Source: the human T2T-CHM13v2.0 reference genome, Homo sapiens. From it: DNA of 64,000 nt. Below are positions 40,466 to 54,858 of the stretch, piece after piece. The stretch lies in the NCBI RefSeq assembly GCF_009914755.1, contig NC_060940.1. The stretch is one strand, 5' to 3'. Positions within the stretch are counted from its first letter, which is position 1. Every line of letters begins with the position of its first letter. Both the position numbers and the translations under genes were made by a program. Below the pieces are notes generated by a model that worked only from the letters and a program-made list of their open reading frames with translations, did not search any database and had not been told where the DNA came from.

Positions 40466-41674
40466 TTACCTTACAAATCAGCTACTGCACCTCTCAGGCC
40501 TTCAACCTGAAAGTGTGCTCGCACAGAAGCCTCATGCAGATGCTTATAGCAGCTCTGTTCATAGCCACTAAAAACTAGAAACAAGGAAGACATCCTTCAC
40601 GGTGGAAGTGGATAAATAACCGGAGGTGCATTTGTGCAACAGAAAAATAATCAGAGATAAGAATGCAGCTGTTGGTTCAGGCAATAACATGGATGAATCT
40701 TAAGTGCATTTTGCTAAGCAAAAGAATCTAGACCCAACAGGCTATATACTGCGTGATTTCATTCGTATGTCACACTGGAAAAGGCAAAACCAGAGGGACG
40801 GGAGACAGACCCGGGCGTGCCAGGGGCTGGTGCAGGGGAAGTGGTCACTCCCATGCACGGGGGACTTGGGGCTGGAGCTGGGGTGATGGAGGCAAAGCCC
40901 ACAGCACTGAGCATTACACGAGATGAACTTCAATGTGCACAAACTATTGGGGGAAGACCCGACCAGGAGGTTGGGGGATGCGGATAGAATACAGGCTCCA
41001 CACGCACGGATGTGAAACAGAAACACACTGGCCAGAGGGCAGGAGCCGCCTAAGCAACTCCGGAAAATGTTCTGAGTGGAGACCGCGAGGCCAGAAGGAG
41101 CTGTACACAAACGCTGCACTCCAGGGCTTTCCCCCCCGGGCCTGGGTGGACAATTCTCGCACGTGCACCAGGGCTGAGCAGATGCTAGAGGAGTCAGGGG
41201 AGCCAGGTTCCCACTAGCAGAGAGGGAGGATTCAGATGGGCTAGCAGGGAAGACTGGAATACACCGTGTGCCAGGACGGGAGGATGGAATACACCATGTT
41301 CCAGGACGGAAGGCTGGAATACACCGTGTGCCAGGTGAGAGTCAGAGTCATCGGCATGGACCAGGTTGACCTTCGTATACTTACAGATGGATAGGTGGAT
41401 ACGACAGAGAAGCAATCAAATGTGTGAAATGAGATAGTGACACACAGAGCCTAGCTCTACCCAGGAAGAGGGCCAGCAGCTGTGACCCCCCGGGAGCAAC
41501 GGCCCTCCCAGTGCCCAGACTGAAGTTTCTATGCTCCCCTAAAAAGAACCAGGGCTCCTTGGAAACAACTCATTCTAGGGCTGGGGCAGAGAAACAGAAG
41601 CTGGGCCGGAAGCATCCCTGCGGGGAAGGAGGGGAAACCCACCAGTGGTCAAAGCTGGAGGAGCTGAGCAGCAA

Positions 41675-43072
41675 ACTCACAGTGACAGCACTGGATCATA
41701 ACCCAGACAAAGACTCACAGTGACAACACTGGATCACAACCCAGACACAGACTCACGGTGACAACACTGGATCACGACCCAGACACAGACTCACGGTGAC
41801 AACACTGGATCACAACCCAGACACCATCTCATGGTGACAACACGGGATCACGACCCAGACACAGACTCACGGTGACAGCATGGGATCACGACCCAGACAC
41901 AGACTCACGGTGACAACACGGGATCACGACCCAGACAGACTCACGGTGACAGCACGGGATCACGACCCAGACACAGACTCACGGTGACAGCACGGGATCA
42001 CGACCCAGACACAGACTCACGGTGACAGCACGGGATCACGACCCAGACACAGACTCACGGTGACAGCACGGGATCACGACCCAGACACAGACTCACGGTG
42101 ACAGCACGGGATCACGACCCAGACACAGACTCACGGTGACAGCACGGGATCACGACCCAGACACAGACTCACGGTGACAGCACGGGATCACGACCCAGAC
42201 ACAGACTCACGGTGACAGCACGGGATCACGACCCAGACACAGACTCACGGTGACAGCACGGGATCACGACCCAGACACAGACTCACGGTGACAGCACGGG
42301 ATCACGACCCAGACACAGACTCACGGTGACAGCACGGGATCACGACCCAGACACAGACTCACGGTGACAGCACGGGATCACGACCCAGACACAGACTCAC
42401 GGTGACAGCACGGGATCACGACCCAGACACAGACTCACGGTGACAGCACGGGATCACGACCCAGACACAGACTCACGGTGACAGCACGGGATCACGACCC
42501 AGACACAGACTCACGGTGACAGCACGGGATCACGACCCAGACACAGACTCACGGTGACAGCACGGGATCACGACCCAGACACAGACTCACGGTGACAGCA
42601 CGGGATCACGACCCAGACACAGACTCACGGTGACAGCACGGGATCACGACCCAGACACAGACTCACGGTGACAGCACGGGATCACGACCCAGACACAGAC
42701 TCACGGTGACAGCACGGGATCACGACCCAGACACAGACTCACGGTGACAGCACGGGATCACGACCCAGACACAGACTCACGGTGACAGCACGGGATCACG
42801 ACCCAGACACAGACTCACGGTGACAGCACGGGATCACGACCCAGACACAGACTCACGGTGACAGCACGGGATCACGACCCAGACACAGACTCACGGTGAC
42901 AGCACGGGATCACGACCCAGACACAGACTCACGGTGACAGCACGGGATCACGACCCAGACACAGACTCACGGTGACAGCACGGGATCACGACCCAGACAC
43001 AGACTCACGGTGACAGCACGGGATCACGACCCAGACACAGACTCACGGTGACAGCACGGGATCACGACCCAG
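41675..43072. repeat. 38-bp VNTR, about 36 copies, about 30 of them identical
   Basis: Unit actcacggtgacagcacgggatcacgacccagacacag, embedded in L1 3' UTR-like sequence. Confidence 0.98.
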
Positions 43073-44144
43073 AGGGAAAATAAATGGGCGTGGGTCCATA
43101 GTGACAAAATCAGTGACCACAAACAAGTAAGTAACAAGATCTTCCTCACAGAGGAATTCCACATAATGTCCGCAGACACTCCCTCCAGGAGGCGGGGGCT
43201 GGACCCAGTGAGCGGCTTCCAGAGGACAGAGCGGGCGGGAAAGCAGGGAGCTGTCAAGAGGGCACACCTGGCAGGCAGACCTTGGCCGGGTGATCAGAAA
43301 GCCGTGCGGACGTCAGGACCCTGATACGGTGTGACGGGAAGGGCCCCGCACCTCTGTGGGCATCTTCCCAAAACCCATCACCCAGTCTAATTGCGAGGAA
43401 ACACCAGACGGACCCAACGTGAGGGACGCTCTACAGACGCCATGACAGGCCTGCTTGACACTGTCAAGGTCGGAATCCTGCACAGGAAAGTCTGGGAGAC
43501 TCACAGACCAGGGAGGGAGGGAGGAGACGCCAGGACAAAACCGGGTCCCAGAACGGAACAGGCACGGGTGGAAAAGCCATAGAGTCTGCAGTTTCAGTTA
43601 ATAGTTTTATTTTTAATAAAAAAATTTTAAAAAGTAAAGGTTTCTCGAAGACTCTGCACCACTCAGTGCCCGGCATGAAGCGCTGTGAGCAGCCTCCCTC
43701 CAAGGCAGTGGGAGCAGGGCCACAGGCAGAGCACCGCAGGGCCCTGGGCGACGAAAGGGTCAGGGCTGGTGACCTCTAAAGGGGCTGCGACGGCAGGTGG
43801 GTGGGGGCAGCTCCAAGTGAGGAGGAAGAGGGTGGACACAGGCGGGCACGGGATGGACACAGGGTAAACAAAGGGCAGACACAGGGCGGGACACAGACTG
43901 GACACAAGGCTGGACACAGGGTGGACATGAGGTGGGACACAGAGGGGACTCGGGGTGGGTCGCAGGGCGGGAAACAGGGCTGCAGCAGAAGGCTCCCCAC
44001 ACCCCTACTGCCTCCACCACTGGGTGGAAGGGACCTGAGCTGTGAGCGCTGACCTCCTAGCAACATAGAGGACACCTCGCGGTAGGCCCTCAGCCCCGGC
44101 GGCCACACGTGCAGGGACCGCACCAGCAGCTTCCACAGCTCAGG

Positions 44145-44360
44145 CCAGTGTGTGTGCATATGGGTATGACATGCCCATGTGTCCCTGTGTGTATGTGTCT
44201 GTACACATGTGCACATGTATACATGTGCACCTGTGCATGGATGCCCTGTGTCCATGTGTGCACGGGTGTATGCATGTCTCTGTACACGTGTGCACATGTA
44301 CACATGTATGTGTGCGTGTGCAGGGATGCGTGTGTGTATGTCCTGGCATGTATGCAGGTG
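44145..44360. repeat. TG/CA-rich low-complexity tract
   Basis: tgtgcacatgtatacatgtgcac.. pattern. Confidence 0.8.
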
Positions 44361-44940
44361 GGAGAAACACAGGTTGTGACTGTTCAGCCACTGCACACTC
44401 CAGGGCCCAGCCTTCATTGGTGCTAGGCTGGGGCCCCTTTCCCACAGGGACCTAATTGGTTCTAGCTGAAGGGTGGATGTGCTCCACCCCTCACCACAAC
44501 GCAAACTCCAGGACCACAGAGGAAAACAAGATGTGGCCTCACCAAAGCAATAGCCTAAATCAGTAATTCTAAGGCAAGAAGCATAGGATGCTTCCTGCTT
44601 ATCAGGAAAAAGGAAGACAGACTGAATTGAGATTTCAGAGAGAAAAAAACTATTTCAACCTCTACTCATGTTATAAAAATAGCTACATAAAAAGATGCAG
44701 TAAAAATCTTGAAACATCACAGGCTCTCAAAACAAAACTAACCAAGCAGTCAAGCTTCGGAAGGCCCCGTCACTACCCCACACGGGAGGCAGCAGAGCCA
44801 TGGCGGCCACCCGCCTCTCACAGGGACCCAGAGCCTGACCTGGGAGCTGCAACGAGGAAATACCGAGGAAATACCGTGTCGCCCGAGCAGCCAACAGCAG
44901 GCATGGCCGATAAATACTTTGTTTCAGAATCAGAAAGAAA

Positions 44941-45107
44941 TAGCTGGGCGTGGCAGCCTGTGCCCGTAGCCCCAGCTACTCGGGAGGCTGAGGCAGGAGA
45001 ATCTCTTGAAATCGGAAGGCGGAGGTTGTAGTGAGAGGAGATTGCACCACTGCACTGCAGCCTGGGCGAAAAAGTGAAACTCTGTCTCAAAAAAAAAAAA
45101 AAAAAAA
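44941..45107 (+). mobile_element. 5'-truncated Alu (right arm)
   Basis: Right arm plus polyA; flanking repeat agaatcagaaa. Confidence 0.9.
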
Positions 45108-46199
45108 GAATCAGAAAAAAAAAATCAGCTTTCTCTTTTCTCCTTTCAGATAAATTGTTGTAAGATTAAAACAGTCATCCCAGAAATGCCGTTCTCTGTT
45201 GATGGTTCTTACTGGCCGTGGTTAAATTCTGGGCCTCAGCACAGTGACCTCAAGTATTTTTTCTTTAAGGGATGTGCTGCAGAGCTCCGAAGTAGGGCAG
45301 TGCTGTTTGCTTTTTAAACAAGCAAGTATTTTATAGAAGAACTTGTAAAACCAAGTGGTGCATTTCATTAGAACTCAAGTGGCCCGGAGAAAAGAAAAAG
45401 AACTCATTTCCCATGAGCTCTTAGAGCCACTGAAAGCTCAGAACAAAACCAACTGAGCAGGGTTTCAAGTATTCTTTTTGGTTTCATTTTCTCCTCAAAT
45501 TTTCTGAAGAACAGCTGAGAGTTTAGCAAATACGGGTGCAAACGATTCTGCCTGCCACGTCAACCCTGCCTCGGGTGTCATCTGACGAGGATGCCAAGCT
45601 ACAAGGGCTGCGGTGAGACTCAGAGACACGCTACCAATGGCACCGCGGCCCCACCTCGCCGAAGCAGCTGCCAGGGAGACGCGATAAAACTGCCCCACGC
45701 GGAAAAGAAGGAAGGGCGGTGAGCAGGCGCACAGAACAGACGCCACAGTGCGGCACGCATGCCTCCACGCCTAAAGGACAAAACTAGCATGGAGATCCCC
45801 TAGAGGTCGGATTTTCAACATAATCTCAGTGAGCCCAGGACTCCAATGTGACAATGTGGAACTGGAAAGACGAGCAAGAAAAGCCCCTCCGTTCCCGCCA
45901 GCGTTGGGCATTCCTTCTGCAGTCCAGGCTGTCCCCGTCACTCGGGATCACAGCCAAGCGGTGGGTTCTGTGTGGTGCTTGGCTCCTAGGGCCTCGCGGA
46001 AGCCATGTTCTTCTCCATTCAGCTTCATGGAGAGACTTTCCCAGGTTTCAGCCCACGCTACGAAGCTAGACAGGAGAGTGGCCCCCACCCGCCCTGTTTG
46101 GAACCCAGCTGGGGCATGCGGTGTTTGGAACACATGGGCAGATTGGGGAGAGGCCAGAAGAGCCTCATCCAGAGCCAAGGACAAGCCTTGAGGCTGAAG

Positions 46200-46470
46200 A
46201 GCTCACCAAGGCCACTACAAGAGAGCAAAAAAAAGAGCCTCAGAGACTCCTCGATAAATAACCAGAACAGAGAGCAAAGGTGGAGAGCAGGAGGGCAAGG
46301 CACTGAGACTTTAGAAGCTTCCAGGGAGAAGAAGAGTCAGATGCTTGAAGATGCCTCCTCAATGCTGCAAAGCTCTGAGGGAAAGTGGCTTTGATGGAGA
46401 ATTAGAGATCCGGGCAAGTTGGTCCTTTCTGGAAAAGCTGCTTGGGGATACACTCCAGCAAAAAGAGAAT
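46200..46470 (+). mobile_element. Possible very old L1 ORF1 remnant
   Basis: ttagaagcttccagggagaagaa..caaagctctgagggaaagtggcttt..agaattagagatccgggcaagtt resembles L1ME ORF1 sequence. Confidence 0.4.
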
Positions 46471-49400
46471 CCACCAGCAAACAGGAAGGCATGAGCAGCC
46501 CAGGAAGTATGAACACAACCAAGGGAGGGCTGTGGCAGTATCTGTCCTGCTGGGCCGCACCTCGGGGCTGGAGGTGGGTAGAGGGGAAAGAAGGGGTAAT
46601 GGCTGGAAAAGTGTCCCATGCTGACACTAAGCCCTGGTAGAGACCACCTGCTACGGGTCAGCACATTTCACTGAGCAGGAGATGCCCCTAGAAGACAAGG
46701 GATAGAGGTATAAAGAAAGTCCTCTCCCTGACTGCAAGGAGCTAGAGGGGAGACAGGCACAAGAACAACACTGGAATGGGGACAATATCAGCCGCAAAGG
46801 AAGCAGAGAGCAGGGCTCCGGTGGTCAGCCCTGGGTGGGGTCAGGAGTCAACGAGTGATGAGGGCTAAGTCTGAAGGCCAGAAGGGTGTCGGCAGCCACG
46901 GAGAGAACAAGTACAGTTAACCCTGGGAAGGCAGAGGCCAGGTGGTCTCAGGACCACGGTCAGGAAGAGATGCCTCACGTGGCGGGGACACAGCGGGAGC
47001 AGTTCAGGCACCACGGCTCGTCCACTGGGGCCCCAGCCTCTCACTGCAAGCAGTGCAGGTGGACATCTGCCCCAGAGGCAGCAGGGAGCGTGTGTCCCAA
47101 AGCCCCCAGCACTCATGCCCTGTGCAGGCGCCGAGCAGCCGGCCCTGGCCGGGGCGGTTCCCTCCTAGGCCTGTCCAGGACTCGGCCCCCACAAACACAT
47201 GGACCGACAGACGAAATCCCTCAGGAGTGTCTCTGCGCCGACGCCATGGCACCCACGAAAAGTGCCACACATAAAGTCAGTCTGCAAATGCCAACGTTAC
47301 CCAGTCTTCATGTCACATTTCACCTACAGATCCCTTCCGAATTGTAACAATATCTCATAAATGTTTGAGCTTCAAAGGAAAGGTCCTTTCCGACGTTCAG
47401 ATATACTCCGTGGCTGCCTGCGAGCCGTCTCCCAGGCGGGTGTGTCCTTGGTCCGCCTTCTGGGAAGTGTGCACAGGCAAGGAATCCCATGTCAGCCTCA
47501 GGACGGCCCAGCGGTCACTCTCACCTCATCAGTGACAGGAAGGTCTTGATGAGCAACTTGGCCAAGGCCACACAGCTAAGGTGTGGCCCACCAACCCTGA
47601 GCCCCACTACTTCCACCTGTCACAGCTTCCAGAAAGTTCTCTGCAGTGAACTGCTATCAACCCAATTCTGACCAACTGTAATTACACTGTTTCCAGATAA
47701 CACCTTAATTCTGAGGCAGTTAAAATGCATTGTGTACATATACTATGTGACTCTCATCAATAGCAAACCAACGTCAGTTCAGTCCAGGAGAACCCACCCA
47801 GGGTGGGCAGCTCTAGCCTAGGGTGTCTTCAGTAGCACCTGCAAGGCTATCCTTCCCCCGTCTTGTCAGGGAATCCAGCTCTACCACTGGCGCTGTAACA
47901 GACACAGGGCTGCTGGAAATTCCAGGAGTCCAGCCCCAGCTGCCTGTGGCCGCCCATGGACGGACCTGGCCAGGCCCCCTGGGAGGGGGATTTCAAAGCA
48001 TCAAGGAGCCGGCCTGGCTGACGAGGCTCCAGACCAGCTGTTTGCCACACACGCCCCCGTACTGCAGGGTTGACCAGTGAGGGCCTCAATCTTCCGCAGG
48101 GAACGCCGGGCCACAACGTCGACGCACGACCCTGGGGGTTCCTGCCATAAAACAGTGAGGGATTCTGGCCAGGCTGCTCTGCCCTCTGTTCCGGTGAGCC
48201 TGGGCATGGTGCCCACTCTTGGGTTCGGTTTCCTTATTGCGCACACAGACAGCAGCAGGCCTGACTGCAGGAGGCACCGGCACCCATGGGCGGCCGGCAC
48301 TGCCCCTACACACCAAGAACATGGCACCCAGGTCCCGCTGCTTAGGCCGGAAACTCCTGTCACATAAGCTTTTACTCGTCCAGATTTCAGCCATTCCTGG
48401 GAGTGACATCTGTGCTGAGGGGAAGCTCAGTGTCAGTGTCAGGCATCCCCGACCACCTCGGGCAGCCTCGGTCCTCCCAGGAGCCGTCACGGCCCGAGAA
48501 CGCCGCTGCCCAGATGTGAACCGGGTGTCCAGGATACGCAGGCTGCACAGTGGCGTGAATGAAGGGCAGGGCTGAACTCCAGGGCCTACGGACAATCGCT
48601 GCACAGCCGGGCCAGTGGCTGACCCTGCTTCCTCGCTGTCCACTGGGGGTAGTGGCGTTGTCACCAGGAGGTCAGCACCGGGCAGGGTGCTACTTCAGCA
48701 TCTGCTCAACGCAGTAATCACACTAGGGACCCGAGTCCACACGTCAGGAAGACAGGTGTGTCTTCAACTCTGAGCCCTGTGAAAATGCCGCTTTCCGCTA
48801 ACACACTCCGGCTCCCACAGCACAGCAGGGCATGCCCGACACCCCAGGACGCCCGCGGTATGCACGTCTGTGTGCAGTGAGCACACCCCTAGCACCTACA
48901 CACCTCGGTGGCAGCACATGGAAACGCCCAGGCCCGCGGTGGGAAGGAGCCAGCCCCAGGACGGATGCAAAGTCAGGTTGAATGCAGAGGCCTGTCGCTG
49001 GCAGCCGGCCTCTCCAGGTCTGGCTTCGAAGCTTCCCCGACAGGGCAGGCGTTTCTGTGTTCTCCTGATCTGTACATCTTTACTACATGTCTGCTGAGAC
49101 AATCTGCCTAAGGGTAAGCCTCCCTCAGTTCAATGTCTTTTAACAAGGGGAGTTTCCACAGAATACATTTGGTTATGTGTTTAATTACAAGTGTTTCAAT
49201 AGCTATAAACATTGTAAAATTCAGTATCAAGTGAAATATTTGGAGAGCCCCTATGGCAACTTGGAAAAACCCTGGGATTCTGAGGAACAGGGAGTAGCGC
49301 ACAGTCCCAGTAAAATCCAGAACTTTCTAGAAGGAGATAAATGCAGGATGACTGCCTGCTTGCCCTGGGCCAGCTCAGCCAGAAAACCATGTCCCTGAAA

Positions 49401-49833
49401 GATGGGAAACTGGTTCCTTGATACAGCAGAAAAACACTGATTCTACCCCAAATGTACTCACAAGACAGAAGAACGTGCATATGTCGAGGAGAAATGTTCA
49501 ATGCTGGGCACCAGGCTTAAAATATCCGCTTGACCCAGTGGCTTAAAAGCAGTTCCTTCTGAATTGAACAGAGAATCCCTGCGGAGATCAAAGGAGCCTC
49601 AGCTTGTTTGAAAGAGTCTGAGCTGGTTTTATGAAGCTGTGCTCCGGAGGCAAGGCCGCTGGGACTTCCTGCTGTATCTCGGGCTCCCCTGTGGAAGGCC
49701 TATTAGAGCCTCACAGCTTCACTTTATCTCTACTTCATCGTTTGCTAAGTGACAGCACCAACATTTAAAATGACTGTTTAATACTGTGGAGGGAAAAGCA
49801 ACCTGGGAAGAACTACTTTTTAAAATAATTGCA

Positions 49834-50261
<428 letters not shown>

Positions 50262-50949
50262 TCACACAAAACGTCGAACTGAGCATCACTCCAGCACAAC
50301 CAGGCTACCAAACTTCCCGCGACGTGTGTGGCACAAAGGCTGTGCAAAGAAGAACTTCTGCAACCTGACCCTTTCCTTCCACACGTGAGGGAAGCAGACG
50401 ATGGAAGGAAAGGGAGACGTCCAATGCCCACGGCCTACAACCAACGCGTGGGCAACGCCCGGGGCCAGCAGCTCCGGAGCCCTCTGGGACGGTGACTGCC
50501 CACGCGCCCCGCTGGCTGCATCTCGGCCTGGCAGGCTCCCCTCACTTCCATACTCATTTGAGAGCCTCACTTGAGGTTCGTAGCTCCTGACACGTTGGGC
50601 TTATGAAACATGTATCCGTGTGATCACATGTCACCGTGATCACAGAACCGTTCTCTTCCAAACCAGTTCTGGGTTGTAGGGACTGGGGAGAGAGGGAGTT
50701 GGAATCGCCAGCTGCCCCTGGCCAGGGGATCCAGAGGTTTTGAGCGTGAACTGACTTTTCTCAGAGCTCTGCTCTGTAGGCTGCGCACGCGGGCCCCGCA
50801 CAGCTGTGGGGTGAAGGGTCTCCGCCAGTGGACCCGGCCAACCACATCCCACAGTGAGGCGCAGGCTTCACTTGCAGATGAGGTTCCGGAGCTGCCCCCA
50901 GACCTCCGCTGGGAATCTTCCCGAACGCAGACTGAGCTAGTCGAGAACA

Positions 50950-52100
50950 CTAAAGGAGAAACTCCAGTCTGGCCACCAGCCAGTCACCTTCCCTCAGCCC
51001 CTGGGAGACGCGAAGGAGGCTCCCGGGCCGGCTCCTCGGATTTTGGCAGGGGCCGCACGCGGCAGGGATGTGGCGTGCGGGCGTCCAGTTACAGTGGGAA
51101 CCTTCACCGTCAGCACAGCGCTGTGTCGGGGGCAGCAGGAGCGCCTCGCCTCTCCAGGCCGCCCCCCGCCCCGCAGCCAGGACGCAGACCCCCGACCTGC
51201 GCACGGACGGGTGACCCTCCACCTGCCCAGCTCTCCTGGGAACTCCTGGGCCAGGGCCCGGGCCGGCCCCGCCTCGCATAGCCCCGAGCCGGTCCTGGCA
51301 GGCGCGGCCGTGCAACTTCGGGGCTGCGGGTGGAACCGGGAGCCCAGGAGCCCAGGCCGGAGGCTCGAGGCGGCGACAGGGGTAGGGCCGGGTGCGCTGT
51401 CGCCAGCAAGCCTTGTCCTGCCCTGCCCGCCCCGCCTTGCCCGGGCCCCAGCAGGAAGGAGGGCTGCGTGGGGGCGCCGCGGCCGCGAGACCGCGCGGAG
51501 GAGTCTCGAGGGAGGGCGGGGGTCGTGGTGCGCGGAGGTGACACTGGCGGATGTCCCGGGCCCGCCCGGCACTCACAGTACACGAAGGCTAGGGCCTTCA
51601 GGAGCACGATCCGGGTCAGCCAGAAGGTGCCCGTGTGGAGATGGGCCGGAGAGCCTGCGGGGCCACGCCCCGGCGCGGGCGGCGACTCAGGCTCCGGATC
51701 CGAGTACCCAGTCTTCCGCCTCCTCAGCGACTCCGCGGGCGCCGCCATTGTTGGGCTGTCAGGGCGCATGTGCGGGGAGGGCGCACTCCCGGAGGCCCCG
51801 CCCATTCTCGGAGGCCCCGCCTCTCCCTGGCCGGCCCTGCCCACGGCCGAAGGCCCCACCCACACCCCGGGAGGCCCCGCTCACAGTCCCGGAGGCACCG
51901 CCCCCTCCAGCCGGCCCCGCCCACGCGCGGGAGCGGGTGCCCGGAGCCTGCCTCCTTCGCAGTTCTCGCTGGGCGCTGCTGCGGGTAGGGCGCGGGGCCG
52001 GGTACCTGGGAGGTGGTGCGCGTCGCCCGACCCGAACTCACTGGGGCAGGCACGCGTGCCTTCCGTCAGTCCGAGTTGCAGAGGCCAGGTGCCCTCCCCC
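50950..52100. promoter_or_regulatory. CpG island and TATA-less promoter of LMF1
   Basis: Very high GC and CpG density around exon 1. About six degenerate GGAGGCCCCGCCC-type GC boxes at 51788-51922. NRF1-like GCGCATGTGC overlaps the ATG. Confidence 0.85.
51577..51769 (-). CDS. LMF1: Lipase maturation factor 1, coding exon 1 (193 nt)
   Basis: Translates MRPDSPTMAAPAESLRRRKTGYSDPEPESPPAPGRGPAGSPAHLHTGTFWLTRIVLLKALAFVY, the recognised human LMF1 N-terminus. ATG at 51769; ends in phase 1 at donor T|GTGAGT; lies in a CpG island. Confidence 0.97.
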
Positions 52101-53824
52101 AGCCAGGCGCCTTCCCAGCTGTGGTCCTGGGGAAGGTGGGCTGCACAGGCCCTGGCGGTGCTACCACTGCGTGCCCCTGCCTCACAGCTGACACTCACTC
52201 TCTGCGGAGGAGGGTGCTAGGGCGATCGTCGCAGCCAGCAAGGGACAGAGTAGGCAGGGCTGTGCCTGGAATGCTCGGGGGACCCTCCCCTTTCTCCCAG
52301 CCTGAGCACCCTTCCGCCTTTGCACAACCCAGCTCCTGCCTGCCCTTGGGACTGGACTTCAAGCTGTGGGGGAAGAGGGGGACTCAGGACTCAGGAGGGA
52401 AGGGCTAACTGCCCAATGCCCCAAACAGAACATGAAGGAGGACGCCAGCACTCTACACTCTGATGACTGGAGCGGGGTTCTGGAGGCTGATGTGAAGCGG
52501 GTGCTAGGAAGGGCTGGGGTCACAGGCATTCCTTAGAGGAAAGAAAGGGCGTGAGGCTAGAGTAGGCATTGGAGACCTAGGGGTTAGTGAATAAACTGTG
52601 GGGCACTTAGGTGGAAGTGCAGATTTCTCCTTATTCATTTGTCAGCACTCTTTACGTATGAAAAATCCTGTTCTTTTGTGTATATTGGAAATATTTGTCC
52701 TGGTTTTTTGTTTTTGTTTTCATGTATTCTTCTCTTTTGCCTCTCTAGCTTTCCTAGTGTTTTGGCGTATCAATTATCGCCACTGGGTTGGTCAAATGAC
52801 CCGTCTTTATTGCTTGTTTAATTACCTGTTTAATTATATCTTCACCACCTGCAGTGTGAGCCTTGTGTGGGCAGGGACTGACTGTGGACATCGGGCCCCC
52901 AAATCCAGGCCTGACCAGCAGTGGCCCGAGCTTCCTCTCAGCCTCCACCTTCCCTGTGTTGCTGGGGCCGTAGCATACGTGTACATCTTATGGTTTAATT
53001 CATTTTTAGTTTCCTTTTCTATGAAACCCCCCTTAGGAGCCCAGCTGTGAAATGGGACCCTGTTAAAGATGTTGCAACGGGTACGAACACGCAAACATCC
53101 TCCGCATGCTGGCCCAGCCTCCGGGAGCGTGGTGTGTGCCTGAGGGCTCGGAGCCTTGGGGATCGCAGGAGGCATCGGCCCTGGCTGGCGCCCGGCACCC
53201 AAGTCCCTCCACAGAGCCCACGACCCGTACCTCTCCTCGTGACCTGGGGGCCAGCTTAGGAAGGGCCGGCACAGCCCACACTGTTCCCCTCATCTGTGGG
53301 GAACAGGGAGCCCCACACCCTGGGACCACGCCTGCAGAGCGGGCCCTGTCTGGGTGCCAGGCCTGCTAGGGGACGGACGGCGAGAGGGACTGCCCTGCGT
53401 CAGGTGTGGCCCTGTGCTGTCCTCAGGTGGGGCTGCCCTCACAAGGAGGCTTTGTGCACAGCTTCCCCTCGCTGGGCCGAGCTGCTCTCCCCGCGAAGGG
53501 CACAATGGGGCATTGTGCAGAGCAGAAAAGGGCCTCTTGTTCCAGCTTCCAGCGCTCCGGGCTCCGGCTCTGCATTTGCCCAGGGTGGGAGCAGTCAGCG
53601 GAAGGGTCTGCTGGGAGCTCCTGTTCTCTCTGAGCTCAAGTTTCCCTCAGGGTCTGCTCTCTTGAGACGCTGACCGCAGGGGTCCCATCCACTGCCCAGA
53701 ATGGCTCCAGAGCAGGTCACCGGGGGCAGGGCTTGGGCCGGGGAGAGGTGGACCAGCAGCTCTGGTCGTGCCCATTTCAGCCTGAATTTAATCAAAAGTG
53801 CACTGGGTTATGATTCAGCCATCA

Positions 53825-54181
<357 letters not shown>

Positions 54182-54483
54182 TCAAGCTCAGTGGGACAGG
54201 ACAGACGCGGAGGTCATGAGTTGCGTGAGCCCATTTACATGAAATGTCCGGGGTGGGCAAAGCCACGGGGAAAGGAGGGAGCTCTGTGGTCCAGGTCTGG
54301 GGACGGGGAGTGGGGAGCCAGTGGTCCGGGGGTAGGACGTTTCCTTTTGGGCTGATGAGAATCTTCTGGAACTAGGCGATGGCTGCCCAGCACTGTGAGG
54401 TGCTAAACACCGAGTCGTTCACTGGCAAATGGCTTATTTCATGCTATGTGAATTTCGCCTCGAATTTTAGAAAAGTAAAATGA

Positions 54484-54858
<375 letters not shown>

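Noticed and set aside
41675-43072. CRISPR-like regular 38-bp periodicity
   Set aside because: Units are contiguous with no unique spacers and no cas genes; this is a primate VNTR.
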